A stretch of DNA of 38,232 nt from an uncultured Dehalococcoidia bacterium (lineage in GTDB: Bacteria > Chloroflexota > Dehalococcoidia > Lucifugimonadales > UBA3495): the NCBI GenBank assembly GCA_964401855.1, contig CAYOAF010000054.1, positions 1 to 38,232 on the forward strand, in the 5' to 3' direction. Shown one piece after another: positions 9,243-17,421 of this stretch. Under the pieces are notes generated by a model. The model did not search any database. It was given only the letters and a program-made list of their open reading frames with translations, and was not told the DNA's origin. Made by a program: the position numbers and the translations under genes. The first letter of the stretch is position 1. Each line of letters starts with the position of its first letter.

Positions 9243-9392
9243 TTCATCCTGGATGGCTGCCATCACCGCCACGGGATTCATCGGCAGCTGGGTCATCCGG
9301 GCTCCCGCCGCGTGGTGGACGGCGTTGGCCATTGCCGCCAGCACCGGCACAATCGGGGCCTTGTCGACACCCCTCACCCCAAACTGGAGGCG
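9243..9392 (-). pseudogene. C-terminal remnant of a molybdopterin-binding xanthine dehydrogenase / aldehyde oxidase / CoxL-family large subunit
   Basis: The minus-strand translation is '...LQFGVRGVDKAPIVPVLAAMANAVHHAAGARMTQLPMNPVAVMAAIQDE'. This matches the family's extreme C-terminus (G-x-K/R-G-x-G-E-x-P...P-A-I-x-N-A-I...LP-x-T-P-E...AL). The other ~700 aa are absent, and hfq ends about 30 nt upstream. Confidence 0.6.
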
Positions 9393-9424
9393 TCGCCGCC
9401 TTACTGATTGCCCGGGGCGGTAGA

Positions 9425-9682
9425 TTACCGGCCGGGCGGTTGCTCATCCACACCACGCTTGGAACTTCGGATAACATACATGGTCGCCACCGCCGAGCGT
9501 AGAACGAGCTGATGGACTCCCTTGTGCTTGAACAAGATGGTCTCTGTGTCGAAGGCCAATACCTGGCCTTTGAGCTGGAAACCGTTGACCAGGTACAAGC
9601 TCAAGGCCTGGCCGGTGTCGAGGGCGTCCCTGAAGAACTGGTCGGCTAAGGTTGCGGCTTTCGCAGGCTTGCTCTCTGGCAT
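9425..9682 (-). CDS. hfq: RNA chaperone Hfq (divergent)
   Basis: 'LADQFFRDAL...LSLYLVNGFQLKGQVLAFDTETILFKHKGVHQLVLRSAVATMYV' aligns with the Sm1/Sm2 core of Hfq (compare 'QDQFLN...[23 protein letters not shown]...QQLIYKHAISTF'). Confidence 0.8.
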   Translation of the reverse strand: MPESKPAKAATLADQFFRDALDTGQALSLYLVNGFQLKGQVLAFDTETILFKHKGVHQLVLRSAVATMYVIRSSKRGVDEQPPGR

Positions 9683-9756
9683 TGGTGTGCTCCCAAAATC
9701 TCTTTACCACCCCGGTAATACCAGGAGTGCGCCCCCCAGCGCGGTGGCCAAGATTT

Positions 9757-10884
9757 CTATAATGCCCACAATACCAGAGCCAGGATCGTATAGCACGTTA
9801 GAAGCTGCGCTCCCTCCAGCCAGTTGCTAAGTCCGTCCAGCAGCACCGGGATCATCAGGAGCACGCCCACTCCCAGAGAGAGCAGCTCCACCGGAGCGAA
9901 GATCAGGCCCAGGGGCCGTCCCATCACCATGCTGGCAAGCACGATCACGGGTAATACCATGCAGGCCACCTGGGAAGCGGAGCCCACCGAAATAGTGATG
10001 CTCATATCTATCTTGTTCTTCAGGGCGACGCTGATGGCCACGATGTGGTCCACCACGTTCTCGAAGAGGGGGATGACAATTAGACCGATGAAGGCCTGGG
10101 AGATACCGGTCGCTTCCACGAACGGAAGAATACTGCTTACCAGTAACGCGGAGACCAGAACGATGCCACTCGTGGAGGCTACCAGCAACAACAAACCCTT
10201 GCTGAGCGGCCAATTTGCACCTTCCTGATTCTCCTCCATGGGTTGCCGGCGGAGGGTGAAAACCACCGTAATCCCGTAAATCAGCAGGAGTAGGATGCAT
10301 AGCCCCGGTGTGAGAAAGGAGGCGCTGGCCGCGGCCTTCTCAGGCGCCAGGGCCAGCAGAACGGTTGGAAGACCGATGGCCAACGTCGCGATGACTATCA
10401 GAGTGAAGTTGGTCTGGACCAGGGCTCGGCTGAATATCAGCTCCCTGTATTTGAGCCCAGCCAAGAGAAGACTCGTACCCAAGACCAAGAGGAGTTGCCC
10501 CAGGACAGACCCGATGATGGTCATTCGCACAACAATCAACAAATCGTGGTTCACCGCCGCGATGGAGATAATCAACTCGGCCGCGTTTCCAAAAGTCGCG
10601 TTGAGAAGCCCACCGGTAACGCGGCCGAGTCGAGTACCGACCTCCTCCGTCGCCTGGCCGAGCCGGTAGCTCAGCGGAACGCAGGACAGGGCCGCACAGA
10701 CAAATGTGAACACGGCCCCCAAGTCGAACAACCGGCCCATGACGGCAAGGGGAATGAACAGCAGCATCGCGGTCATTACGCCATCAGCGGCCACCTTGTT
10801 CCCAAGAGTCAGAGAACACGTTGCAGCCTCGAGCCAGTGTTTCGCCGCCCAAGGTCTCACCAAATCCACTCTGCTATTGTTCAA
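9757..10884 (-). CDS. CaCA-family cation/proton exchanger (CAX/ChaA-like)
   Basis: The alpha-1 repeat 'GNAAELIISIAAV' is present, with about 11 TM segments. The alpha-2 region reads 'PLFENVVDHIVAISVALKNKID' where 'GNAAEH' is usual. TTG start at 10884 with GGAGG 7 nt upstream. Confidence 0.85.
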   Translation of the reverse strand: MNNSRVDLVRPWAAKHWLEAATCSLTLGNKVAADGVMTAMLLFIPLAVMGRLFDLGAVFTFVCAALSCVPLSYRLGQATEEVGTRLGRVTGGLLNATFGNAAELIISIAAVNHDLLIVVRMTIIGSVLGQLLLVLGTSLLLAGLKYRELIFSRALVQTNFTLIVIATLAIGLPTVLLALAPEKAAASASFLTPGLCILLLLIYGITVVFTLRRQPMEENQEGANWPLSKGLLLLVASTSGIVLVSALLVSSILPFVEATGISQAFIGLIVIPLFENVVDHIVAISVALKNKIDMSITISVGSASQVACMVLPVIVLASMVMGRPLGLIFAPVELLSLGVGVLLMIPVLLDGLSNWLEGAQLLTCYTILALVLWAL

Positions 10885-11590
10885 CTGAGCGCCTCCAACT
10901 TCGGTGAACTGCCGCCGCGACGTGTCGGGGTCCCTGCATTTCTTGAAGAGGGCTTCTCAATTGAGCACACTAATCCGATAACCGATACCGCAGCCGGGAT
11001 CAATCCGAGAGGAGTGGTTCAAAGGGCATGTTGGCGGAAAAGCAAGCCAAACCGGCCGCTTGGCGTCCCGCCGCCCGGGCCTTTCCCGCGGAACATGGCG
11101 GTCATGGGAATCAGGGGCGGAATGGGATTAACGAGAGGGACCTGAGTCAGTGGAAGGCTGAAGAAGGAACCGGTGCGGGTACGGCAATGCGCGGATACGC
11201 GGAAATGATTCAATACTTCCGTCCTTACGTCGGGGTTGGTCTGAGACCGGTCCCGACATTTGCGGGGCTTCAGGGCAATGGGCGGCCCTTGAGCCTACGC
11301 GTTATACGGATACTAGAAGTATCCTTTAAGGCGGCACAATCCCAGCACAATAGACTCAGGTTATTGTCAAGTATCTCGTCTAAACCTCTTTTTGGTCTTT
11401 TGGCCATTACATGAAGATCCTAGGGCGAGCGAGACGAGTCGCCAGGAGGAAGAAGGCCGGGGCTTCAGCAACCTGTCCGGCCGGTTGGCAACGATGGCCC
11501 GGGGGGAAAGCAGACCAGAAACACAGGCTGCCGGGGCTGGCGATAGAGGGCTATGCGCCCGGAGAGTCGACCGAGAAGTCAAATTGAAGG

Positions 11591-11667
11591 TGGTGGGCCT
11601 GGATGGACTCGAACCAACGACCTCGGTCTTATCAGGACCGCGCTCTAACCGCCTGAGCTACAGGCCC
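11591..11667 (-). tRNA. tRNA-Ile (anticodon GAU), CCA encoded
   Basis: The reverse complement reads GGGCCTGTAGCTCAGGCGGTTAGAGCGCGGTCCTGATAAGACCGAGGTCGTTGGTTCGAGTCCATCCAGGCCCACCA. It folds as a cloverleaf with a 7-bp acceptor stem, a GCTC/GAGC D stem, a CGGTC/GACCG anticodon stem, a CTGATAA loop and a TTCGAGT T-loop. There is one U-U mismatch in the T stem. Confidence 0.93.
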
Positions 11668-11688
11668 ACTATTGCTGGCAGCATTTGA

Positions 11689-11717
11689 ATTATAACCAGG
11701 GACCGGCCGGGTATCAA
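11689..11717 (-). promoter_or_regulatory. Sigma-70-type promoter for tRNA-Ile
   Basis: On the minus strand: TTGATA (11717-11712), a 17-nt spacer, then TATAAT (11694-11689). The -10 ends 21 nt upstream of the mature tRNA 5' end. The -35 overlaps the stop codon of the MscS gene. Confidence 0.6.
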
Positions 11718-12964
11718 GGACCACCGGCCTCCCCGCCACTAGGCGATTCCGGTTTCCTGCCAGCATCCTCAGCGACGTGCATCTCCTGGGGCGGCCGAAA
11801 CGGCCGCCGGCCCCGGCGGCGGCGGCCCCGGCTTTGAGGCCGTCCCGCCGGTTTTCCCCGGCCACCGGCCACCGAGGTTCCGGCCCCCCACTGCTTGGGA
11901 AGTTGGATGGTCCGCACCGGGTAGTTGATCACGATGCCGTTTTCATTCAATCGCTGATGAAGCCTCTGCATCAAGGCGGTCTGAACAGAGAAGCTTCCCA
12001 ACCGGTCACTGGCCTGAACGAAAAGCCAGAAATTCACGTTGGAGTCACCGAAGTCCTCAAACCCAAACCAGCCCCCGTAGCCCTTGACGGCGCTGGGCTC
12101 AGCCTCCAGCACCTCGTCCATGACCTCCCGGCAGACCCGCTCCACCTCGTACAGGTCGCTGTCGTAGCTCACGCCGCACCTGAGATACACATTCACCGCT
12201 GGCACCGGACGCTGGTAGTTGGTGATGATAGTCTCGGCGAACCGGTTGTTGGGCACCATCACCAGGTTGTTCCGCCAGGTACAGATGCGGGTGCTGCGCC
12301 AGCCCACTTCCACCACGTATCCCGTGATGCCGCCTTCCAGTTCGATGAAATCACCCGGCGCCACAACCCCCTCGGTCATCACGTAGGTCCCGGCGAACAG
12401 GTTGGCCAGCGTGGGCTGGATGGCCAGGGCGATGGCCAAGCCTCCCAACCCCAGGCCGGCGATCAGAGGGCTGACGTTGATGTCGAGGAGGTCCAGCATT
12501 AAGATGGCGCCCAGGCCGTAGATCAAAGCCACGGTGAACCGCTGCAGGAGCGGGAACATCCGCAGGTCCACTACATGCCGAGTGCGCGACGCCAGGTTCT
12601 CCAGGTACCAATCGATGGCATTGGACGCCACGGCGGTCACGACTAGGATGCCCAGGAAGATGCCCAGCAAACCGGCAACGGTGTCCGCGGCACCCCTCTG
12701 TTCGGCGCTCAGGTCCAACGGTATGGCGATAGCCAGGTACACGCCCAGCACGACGATGCCCAGGGTGAGGGGCCAGCGGGTAGCCCGCACCATTCTGGAG
12801 TCCAGGTCGCTGGGGGTCCACTGAGTGACACGCATAACGAGCCGGAACAACAGCTTGTGGAAGACCACGGCCGTGATCAGGGTGGTCAGGACACCGGCAG
12901 CCACGGTGGCCGGGTCCAACCACGCCGGGTCTCCCAGTCCAAAACGCGCCAGAACAAAATACAT
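11714..12964 (-). CDS. Mechanosensitive ion channel (MscS family) with an Arg-rich C-terminal tail
   Basis: 'IAGLGLGGLAIALAIQPTLANLFAGTYVMTEGVVAPGDFIEL...GYVVEVGWRSTRICTWRNNLVMVPNNRFAETIITNY' is the MscS TM3/beta-domain signature. I prefer the start at the ATG at 12964 (MYFVLARFG). The ORF-track start at 13084 is possible. Confidence 0.85.
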   Translation of the reverse strand: MYFVLARFGLGDPAWLDPATVAAGVLTTLITAVVFHKLLFRLVMRVTQWTPSDLDSRMVRATRWPLTLGIVVLGVYLAIAIPLDLSAEQRGAADTVAGLLGIFLGILVVTAVASNAIDWYLENLASRTRHVVDLRMFPLLQRFTVALIYGLGAILMLDLLDINVSPLIAGLGLGGLAIALAIQPTLANLFAGTYVMTEGVVAPGDFIELEGGITGYVVEVGWRSTRICTWRNNLVMVPNNRFAETIITNYQRPVPAVNVYLRCGVSYDSDLYEVERVCREVMDEVLEAEPSAVKGYGGWFGFEDFGDSNVNFWLFVQASDRLGSFSVQTALMQRLHQRLNENGIVINYPVRTIQLPKQWGAGTSVAGGRGKPAGRPQSRGRRRRGRRPFRPPQEMHVAEDAGRKPESPSGGEAGGP

Positions 12965-13245
12965 TACCCGATACAACTCCAGCCGGGACCGCACCGGCGC
13001 GTCGGCGCCAAGGCGGATTGAGCTATACTTCTGCACCAGCAGCTTCGAAAGATTATACCACCGGGCGCCGGTATTCCGGCCCACGCTGCCCTATAGGTTG
13101 CTGGGCCGGGCGAGGCCTGAATCCGGGTCCCTCCCCTTGGCCCCTTTTGAACGAGGGGGATTCGACCCAACGGCGCAGCATTCGGTCCTGTCCAGCCGTT
13201 CCCGCGAGCGGCCACACTCCATCAACACCGAAGGAGGCATGAGAC

Positions 13246-13647
13246 ATGAAGGTAAATGTCATCCGGCCCGAAGACCGCCCGACCTACATCGGTCAGGGCC
13301 GCCTGACCAAGGTTCTCCTGGAACCCAGCGACGGCGTGGACAGCTTCTCTTGCGTCAGGGTGCTGTTCCCACCCGGTGAGAGGTCGGAACCCCACGCCAA
13401 GCCGGCGACAACCGAGGTGGTCATCACCCAGCGGGGGACTCTAACCTTGATCTCCGGGGGAGGGCAATACTCCCTGCCCGCCGGGGCGGTTGTCATCATC
13501 GAACCGGGCACCGAGCACGTCCACGCCAACTTGACCGGCGACCCGGTGGAGATCCTCGTCTTGCTCACGCCGCCGGGGCCGGAGCAGGTCTTCAAGGGGC
13601 GGCAGCCTCTGAGTGAAATACAACACGATTCGGCCAAGATCACATAG
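13246..13647 (+). CDS. Cupin-domain protein
   Basis: 133 aa: 'FPPGERSEPHAKP...EVVITQRGTLTL...LPAGAVVIIEPGTEHVHAN' shows the two cupin motifs. GAAGGAGG RBS upstream. Confidence 0.7.
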   Translation: MKVNVIRPEDRPTYIGQGRLTKVLLEPSDGVDSFSCVRVLFPPGERSEPHAKPATTEVVITQRGTLTLISGGGQYSLPAGAVVIIEPGTEHVHANLTGDPVEILVLLTPPGPEQVFKGRQPLSEIQHDSAKIT

Positions 13648-13710
13648 CGCGGTGGCCGCCGTTGCTGCCTATCGCCGCGGGGTGCGATCTCCGGACCGGC
13701 TGGATACCGG

Positions 13711-14526
13711 TTACGGCTTATCTGCCCCCCGGCCGCGGCGGAGGAGGTCCACCAACAGCGGCAAGAGATCACCCGAAGGTCCGTCCAGGGCTATGTCGCA
13801 CGCTGAGGTGAGGGCGGTCTGATGCGGGTTGACCTCAATCAAGGCGGCGCCTCTTTCCTGCGCCAGCACGGGCAGCTGTGCCGCCGGATTGACCCAGCCG
13901 GAGGTCCCGACGAGCAACATGCAATCGCTCTTCTCCGCTTGCTCCCAACAAGCCTGGAGCACTTGTTGCGGGATCGGCTCTCCGAACATCACCGTGTCCA
14001 TCTTGACCATTCCGAGGCAGTCCGGGCACCGGGGCGGCAGGTCCCCAATGGGGAAACCCTCCCGGGTGCGGCGCCTCCCGCAATCCATGCACCTCAGCCA
14101 GCTGCGGTTGCCGTGAATCTCCAGGAGGGACTCACTGCCCGCCCGGCGATGCAGGTTGTCCACGTTCTGGGTCACGGTGCACTTCAGCAGCCCCAACCGC
14201 TCCAGTTCGACCAGGGAATAGTGGCCGGGGTTGGGCGACGCCCCCTCCAGGGCCAGCTTCAGCTCGTGTACCGGGTTGTCCGGCTCCCCTTCATCGCGCA
14301 GCCTCGTTTCCCACCAGAGCCCGGGGTCGCGGAGGAACTCCCGATAGGCCTGCATGGGCGGCTCTCCGTACTTGGTCCAAAGGCCACCGGGGCCACGGAA
14401 CGGCGGGATGCCGCTCTCCACCGAAAGCCCGGCGCCCGTCAAGGCCACCAGATGCTTGGCGGAAAGGATAGCCTCGGCAGCCCGCTCCAACTTGCCCTGG
14501 GTCTCATCGGCTAGCTCAACCATCAT
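13711..14526 (-). CDS. cobB: NAD-dependent protein deacylase (sirtuin, CobB-type)
   Basis: 'ALTGAGLSVESGIPPFRG', 'TQNVDNLHRRAG', 'EIHGN' and a Zn ribbon CxxC...CxxC ('CMDCGRR...CPDC'). Confidence 0.85.
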   Translation of the reverse strand: MMVELADETQGKLERAAEAILSAKHLVALTGAGLSVESGIPPFRGPGGLWTKYGEPPMQAYREFLRDPGLWWETRLRDEGEPDNPVHELKLALEGASPNPGHYSLVELERLGLLKCTVTQNVDNLHRRAGSESLLEIHGNRSWLRCMDCGRRRTREGFPIGDLPPRCPDCLGMVKMDTVMFGEPIPQQVLQACWEQAEKSDCMLLVGTSGWVNPAAQLPVLAQERGAALIEVNPHQTALTSACDIALDGPSGDLLPLLVDLLRRGRGADKP

Positions 14527-14825
14527 CTGTCAGCTCCAAAATCCCTCCACCTACCGGGTATTCTACCCCACCCGCCGGCACGTCAAGGTCTTCCGGGGGG
14601 ACACCGCACCAAGCGGAGGCCGGTGCCCCGGGGGGCGAGCGTTTCAGCTTCGGGGGACCTGCCAGGATTACCGGCGCGGCACGGACTGTGACCGAACGTG
14701 GTGTTGATGACGTTTGCCGCCGCCCCGCACCCACGGACCCACGTGATTGAGGCTGTGGCCCGCCGGGGAGTGTGTCCGGAATAGGAAAGGGCGAACCTGT
14801 GGCCCCGGGGTCCGCGAGGCCCGGC

Positions 14826-15491
14826 TCAATGGGGCTCGGGGAAAGCCTCCCTCCCGATAAGGGGCACGAACCGGCACGGCCCCAGCATGCTGACCGACAA
14901 CCCCTCGTCGGTGCGAAGGGCCTTCACCAGGTACTGCTGCTCCAGCGGCCCAACGGGGATGGCCAGCCTGCCGCCGGGCGCCAGCTGGGACACCAGCGAT
15001 TCCGGAAGTCTTGGGGAGGCGGCGGCCACGACGATTGCATCGAAGGGAGCCCGGCTGGGACAGCCCATGGTTGGACCCGCCTCCCGCACCTCGACGTTGT
15101 TGTATCCCAACTCCGCCAAGATGCCCCTGGCGCGCACCGCCAGGACCGGGACCAGCTCCACGGAAACCACCCGTCCCCGGGGAACGAGCAGGGAGAGTAT
15201 CGCCGCCTGGTAACCGCTGCCAGTGCCAACTTCAAGAACTCTTTCCCATCCACTGAGCCCGAGGGCAACAGCCATCAAGGCCACCATGTAGGGTTGAGAG
15301 ATGGTCTGGCCTTCGCCGATGCTCAGGGGCTGATCCATGTAGGCCATGTGCCGGCTCTCCGCGGGCACGAACCGCTCCCTGGGCACCTGCTCCATAGCCC
15401 GGATGACCGATTCAGAACGCACGTTACGCCACAAGCTACGGAAAAGGCTATTCCGGGATTTCGCCAGGTTTTTATCCATGTCTCCCGGCAC
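14826..15491 (-). CDS. pcm: Protein-L-isoaspartate O-methyltransferase
   Basis: 'VPRERFVP...AYMDQPLSIGEGQTISQPYMVALM' and the SAM motif 'VLEVGTGSGYQAAILS'. Confidence 0.9.
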   Translation of the reverse strand: MPGDMDKNLAKSRNSLFRSLWRNVRSESVIRAMEQVPRERFVPAESRHMAYMDQPLSIGEGQTISQPYMVALMAVALGLSGWERVLEVGTGSGYQAAILSLLVPRGRVVSVELVPVLAVRARGILAELGYNNVEVREAGPTMGCPSRAPFDAIVVAAASPRLPESLVSQLAPGGRLAIPVGPLEQQYLVKALRTDEGLSVSMLGPCRFVPLIGREAFPEPH

Positions 15492-15675
15492 CTCAACACA
15501 ATCACTATAGCACGATGCCGCTTTCTCCTCAACGCAACCGGCTGGGAGGCGCCCACCGAATTCGCTCGAGTTCTCCCATTGACGCTACCTGGCCTCTATG
15601 CTAGTCTCAAATGAACTGGTTAGACTGTAATCTATACAGCCCGCAGTAGAATACTAAAGGTTTTAGCAGATTTTC

Positions 15676-16305
15676 ATGGACGCACTCCCGGCAAGCAATA
15701 CAACGCGCTGGCTCCCCCTTGGCGACGCCTGCCGCCTCTTGGACGTGAGCCAGGCCACTCTCCGCCAGTGGGCCGACTGCGGCCACCTTCGGGTATACCG
15801 CACCCCGGGCGGCCACCGCCGGTTCCTGCAAGATGACGTGGAGACGCTCATCAACGGGGACTTCCTCGGTCCGGAGCCAGGCAGGGAAGCCGGACTGGAA
15901 CAATCGGTGCTCCGCCGCATCCGCCGCCGGCTGCACCACCAGAGCATGGACCGCCAGGCCTGGTACCAGCGGGTCGAAGCGGAAAACCGGGTGCGTCTGC
16001 GCCTCTTTGGCCGCCGGCTGCTCTCCCTGCTGGCCCAGCAGGGGCCGGTAAGGCCGCGACGCCGGCAGGTCCTCACCGAGGCCTACCTGCTGGGCCGCGA
16101 GTACGCGGCCGAGATGGCCGGGCGAAGCGCCCCCCTCAAAGAAACCGTTGAGGCCTTCTTTTTCTTCCGGACCATGGTGCTTGACCTGGCCGAGCCTCGC
16201 TCCTGGAACCGCATCCTGGAGTTGGCCGACCAGGCGCTGATGGGTGTAATCGAGTCTTATCAGGAGCGCATGCCCCAACCGGAGCCCGCTGGAGTTGCGC
16301 GGTAA
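15676..16305 (+). CDS. HTH (excisionase/MerR-like, HTH_17) DNA-binding protein with a helical C-terminal domain; candidate regulator of the downstream tetrapyrrole genes
   Basis: 'WLPLGDACRLLDVSQATLRQWADCGHLRVYRTPGGHRRF' is a typical HTH_17 motif. The remaining ~150 aa are helical and of unknown function. Its stop lies 46 nt before the next gene on the same strand. Confidence 0.6.
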   Translation: MDALPASNTTRWLPLGDACRLLDVSQATLRQWADCGHLRVYRTPGGHRRFLQDDVETLINGDFLGPEPGREAGLEQSVLRRIRRRLHHQSMDRQAWYQRVEAENRVRLRLFGRRLLSLLAQQGPVRPRRRQVLTEAYLLGREYAAEMAGRSAPLKETVEAFFFFRTMVLDLAEPRSWNRILELADQALMGVIESYQERMPQPEPAGVAR

Positions 16306-16351
16306 CCTGGGTCCACCCGGGCCAATCTTGGAGGAGGTTTCGATTACGGCA

Positions 16352-17362
16352 ATGGACCTGACCGACCGTAAGCTGCTGAACTTGGTCCAGGGGCCTTTTC
16401 CCCTGATTGACCGGCCTTTCCTGAAGCTGGGCGAAGAGCTGGGGATCGGCGAGCAGGAAGTGTTGGACCGGCTGACCGAGCTGAAACGGGAAAACGTGGT
16501 GCGGCAGATAAGCGCCATTTTCGACACCCGCCGTCTCGGATACAAGACGACCCTGGTGGCCATGGCCCACGACCCGGACAAGTTGCACAAGGGGGCCCTT
16601 CAGATCAACCGGCACCCCGGTGTCAGCCACAACTACGCCCGAGAAGGGTCCCGCTACAATCTGTGGTTCACCCTGGCCGTCCCCCCGGACCACGACCTGG
16701 AAGCCACCGTTGAACAAATGGCCCGGGACACCGAGGCTCTGGACGCCCGGATCTTGCCGACCATCCGGTTTTTCAAGATCGGGGTGGCCTTCGACATGGT
16801 GGCCCAGAATGGGCCGTCCTCCAGCTTCAACCCGGCCGCCTCCACCAGCGGCTCCTCCAAGGACTGGAACCAGCCGGTTCCCCTATCCGAAGCGGACAAG
16901 GCGGCGATCCGAGAGCTGCAGGATGACCTGCACCTGACGGCACGGCCTTTCGACGGCATGGCCCGCAGGCTGGGCATGAGCACCACGGAACTTATGGCCC
17001 TGGCCGCCGGTTTCCAGGAGCGGAAGATCATGCGGCGCTACAGCGCCGTGCTGCACCACCGGCGCTCTGGCTTCCGGGCCAACGCCATGATAGTCTGGAA
17101 GGTGCCGCCGGAGCGATCCGAGGAAGTGGGCACGGCCATGGCCCAACACTCCGCCGTCACCCACTGCTACGAGCGCCCAACGTTCCCCGGCTGGCCCTAC
17201 ACCCATTTCACCATGGTCCACGCAACCTCCCCGGAGGGCTGCGAAAAGGTTGGGCGCGAGATCAGCGAGGCCACGGGGATCACCGAAAGGGCGTTTCTTT
17301 ACAGCACCAAGGAGTACAAGAAGACCCGGGTGCGCTACTTCGTGGAAGGCGCCGAGCGGTAG
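16352..17362 (+). CDS. Fused siroheme decarboxylase (AhbA/AhbB, NirD/L/G/H-type; two AsnC/Lrp-like repeats)
   Basis: 'MDLTDRKLLNLVQGPFPLIDRPFLKLGEELGIGEQEVLDRL...RQISAIFDTRRLGY...HPGVSHNYAR' is followed by a second repeat 'KAAIRELQDDLHLTARPFDGMARRLGMSTTEL...RRYSAVLHHRRSGF...VTHCYERP'. ATG at 16352 with GGAGGAGG upstream. Confidence 0.8.
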   Translation: MDLTDRKLLNLVQGPFPLIDRPFLKLGEELGIGEQEVLDRLTELKRENVVRQISAIFDTRRLGYKTTLVAMAHDPDKLHKGALQINRHPGVSHNYAREGSRYNLWFTLAVPPDHDLEATVEQMARDTEALDARILPTIRFFKIGVAFDMVAQNGPSSSFNPAASTSGSSKDWNQPVPLSEADKAAIRELQDDLHLTARPFDGMARRLGMSTTELMALAAGFQERKIMRRYSAVLHHRRSGFRANAMIVWKVPPERSEEVGTAMAQHSAVTHCYERPTFPGWPYTHFTMVHATSPEGCEKVGREISEATGITERAFLYSTKEYKKTRVRYFVEGAER

Positions 17363-17421
17363 GCTTCAACCGGCGCCCAGAGGCAGGAAGTGCCTGCCCC
17401 AAGGACCGATAATCGCAGGGC

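Noticed and set aside
10885-11590. Specific ncRNA or riboswitch identity for the long spacer (RNase P, tmRNA, SRP, TPP, cobalamin, fluoride, yybP-ykoY, ykkC)
   Set aside because: I looked for the hallmark motifs of each on both strands and found none. It is reported only as an unexplained non-coding interval.
13711-14526. Sir2-domain protein as a possible anti-phage (Thoeris/DSR/SIR2-HerA-type) effector
   Set aside because: It has the full housekeeping sirtuin motif set, including the Zn ribbon, and a normal ~270-aa size. There are no partner genes (TIR, HerA, Argonaute, etc.), and the flanking genes are pcm and a cupin. It was called as a CobB-type deacylase.
15607-16590. 327-aa ORF on the minus strand
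   Set aside because: It lies antisense to the HTH regulator and the start of the siroheme decarboxylase, both of which have clear family motifs. It shows no motifs and biased composition.
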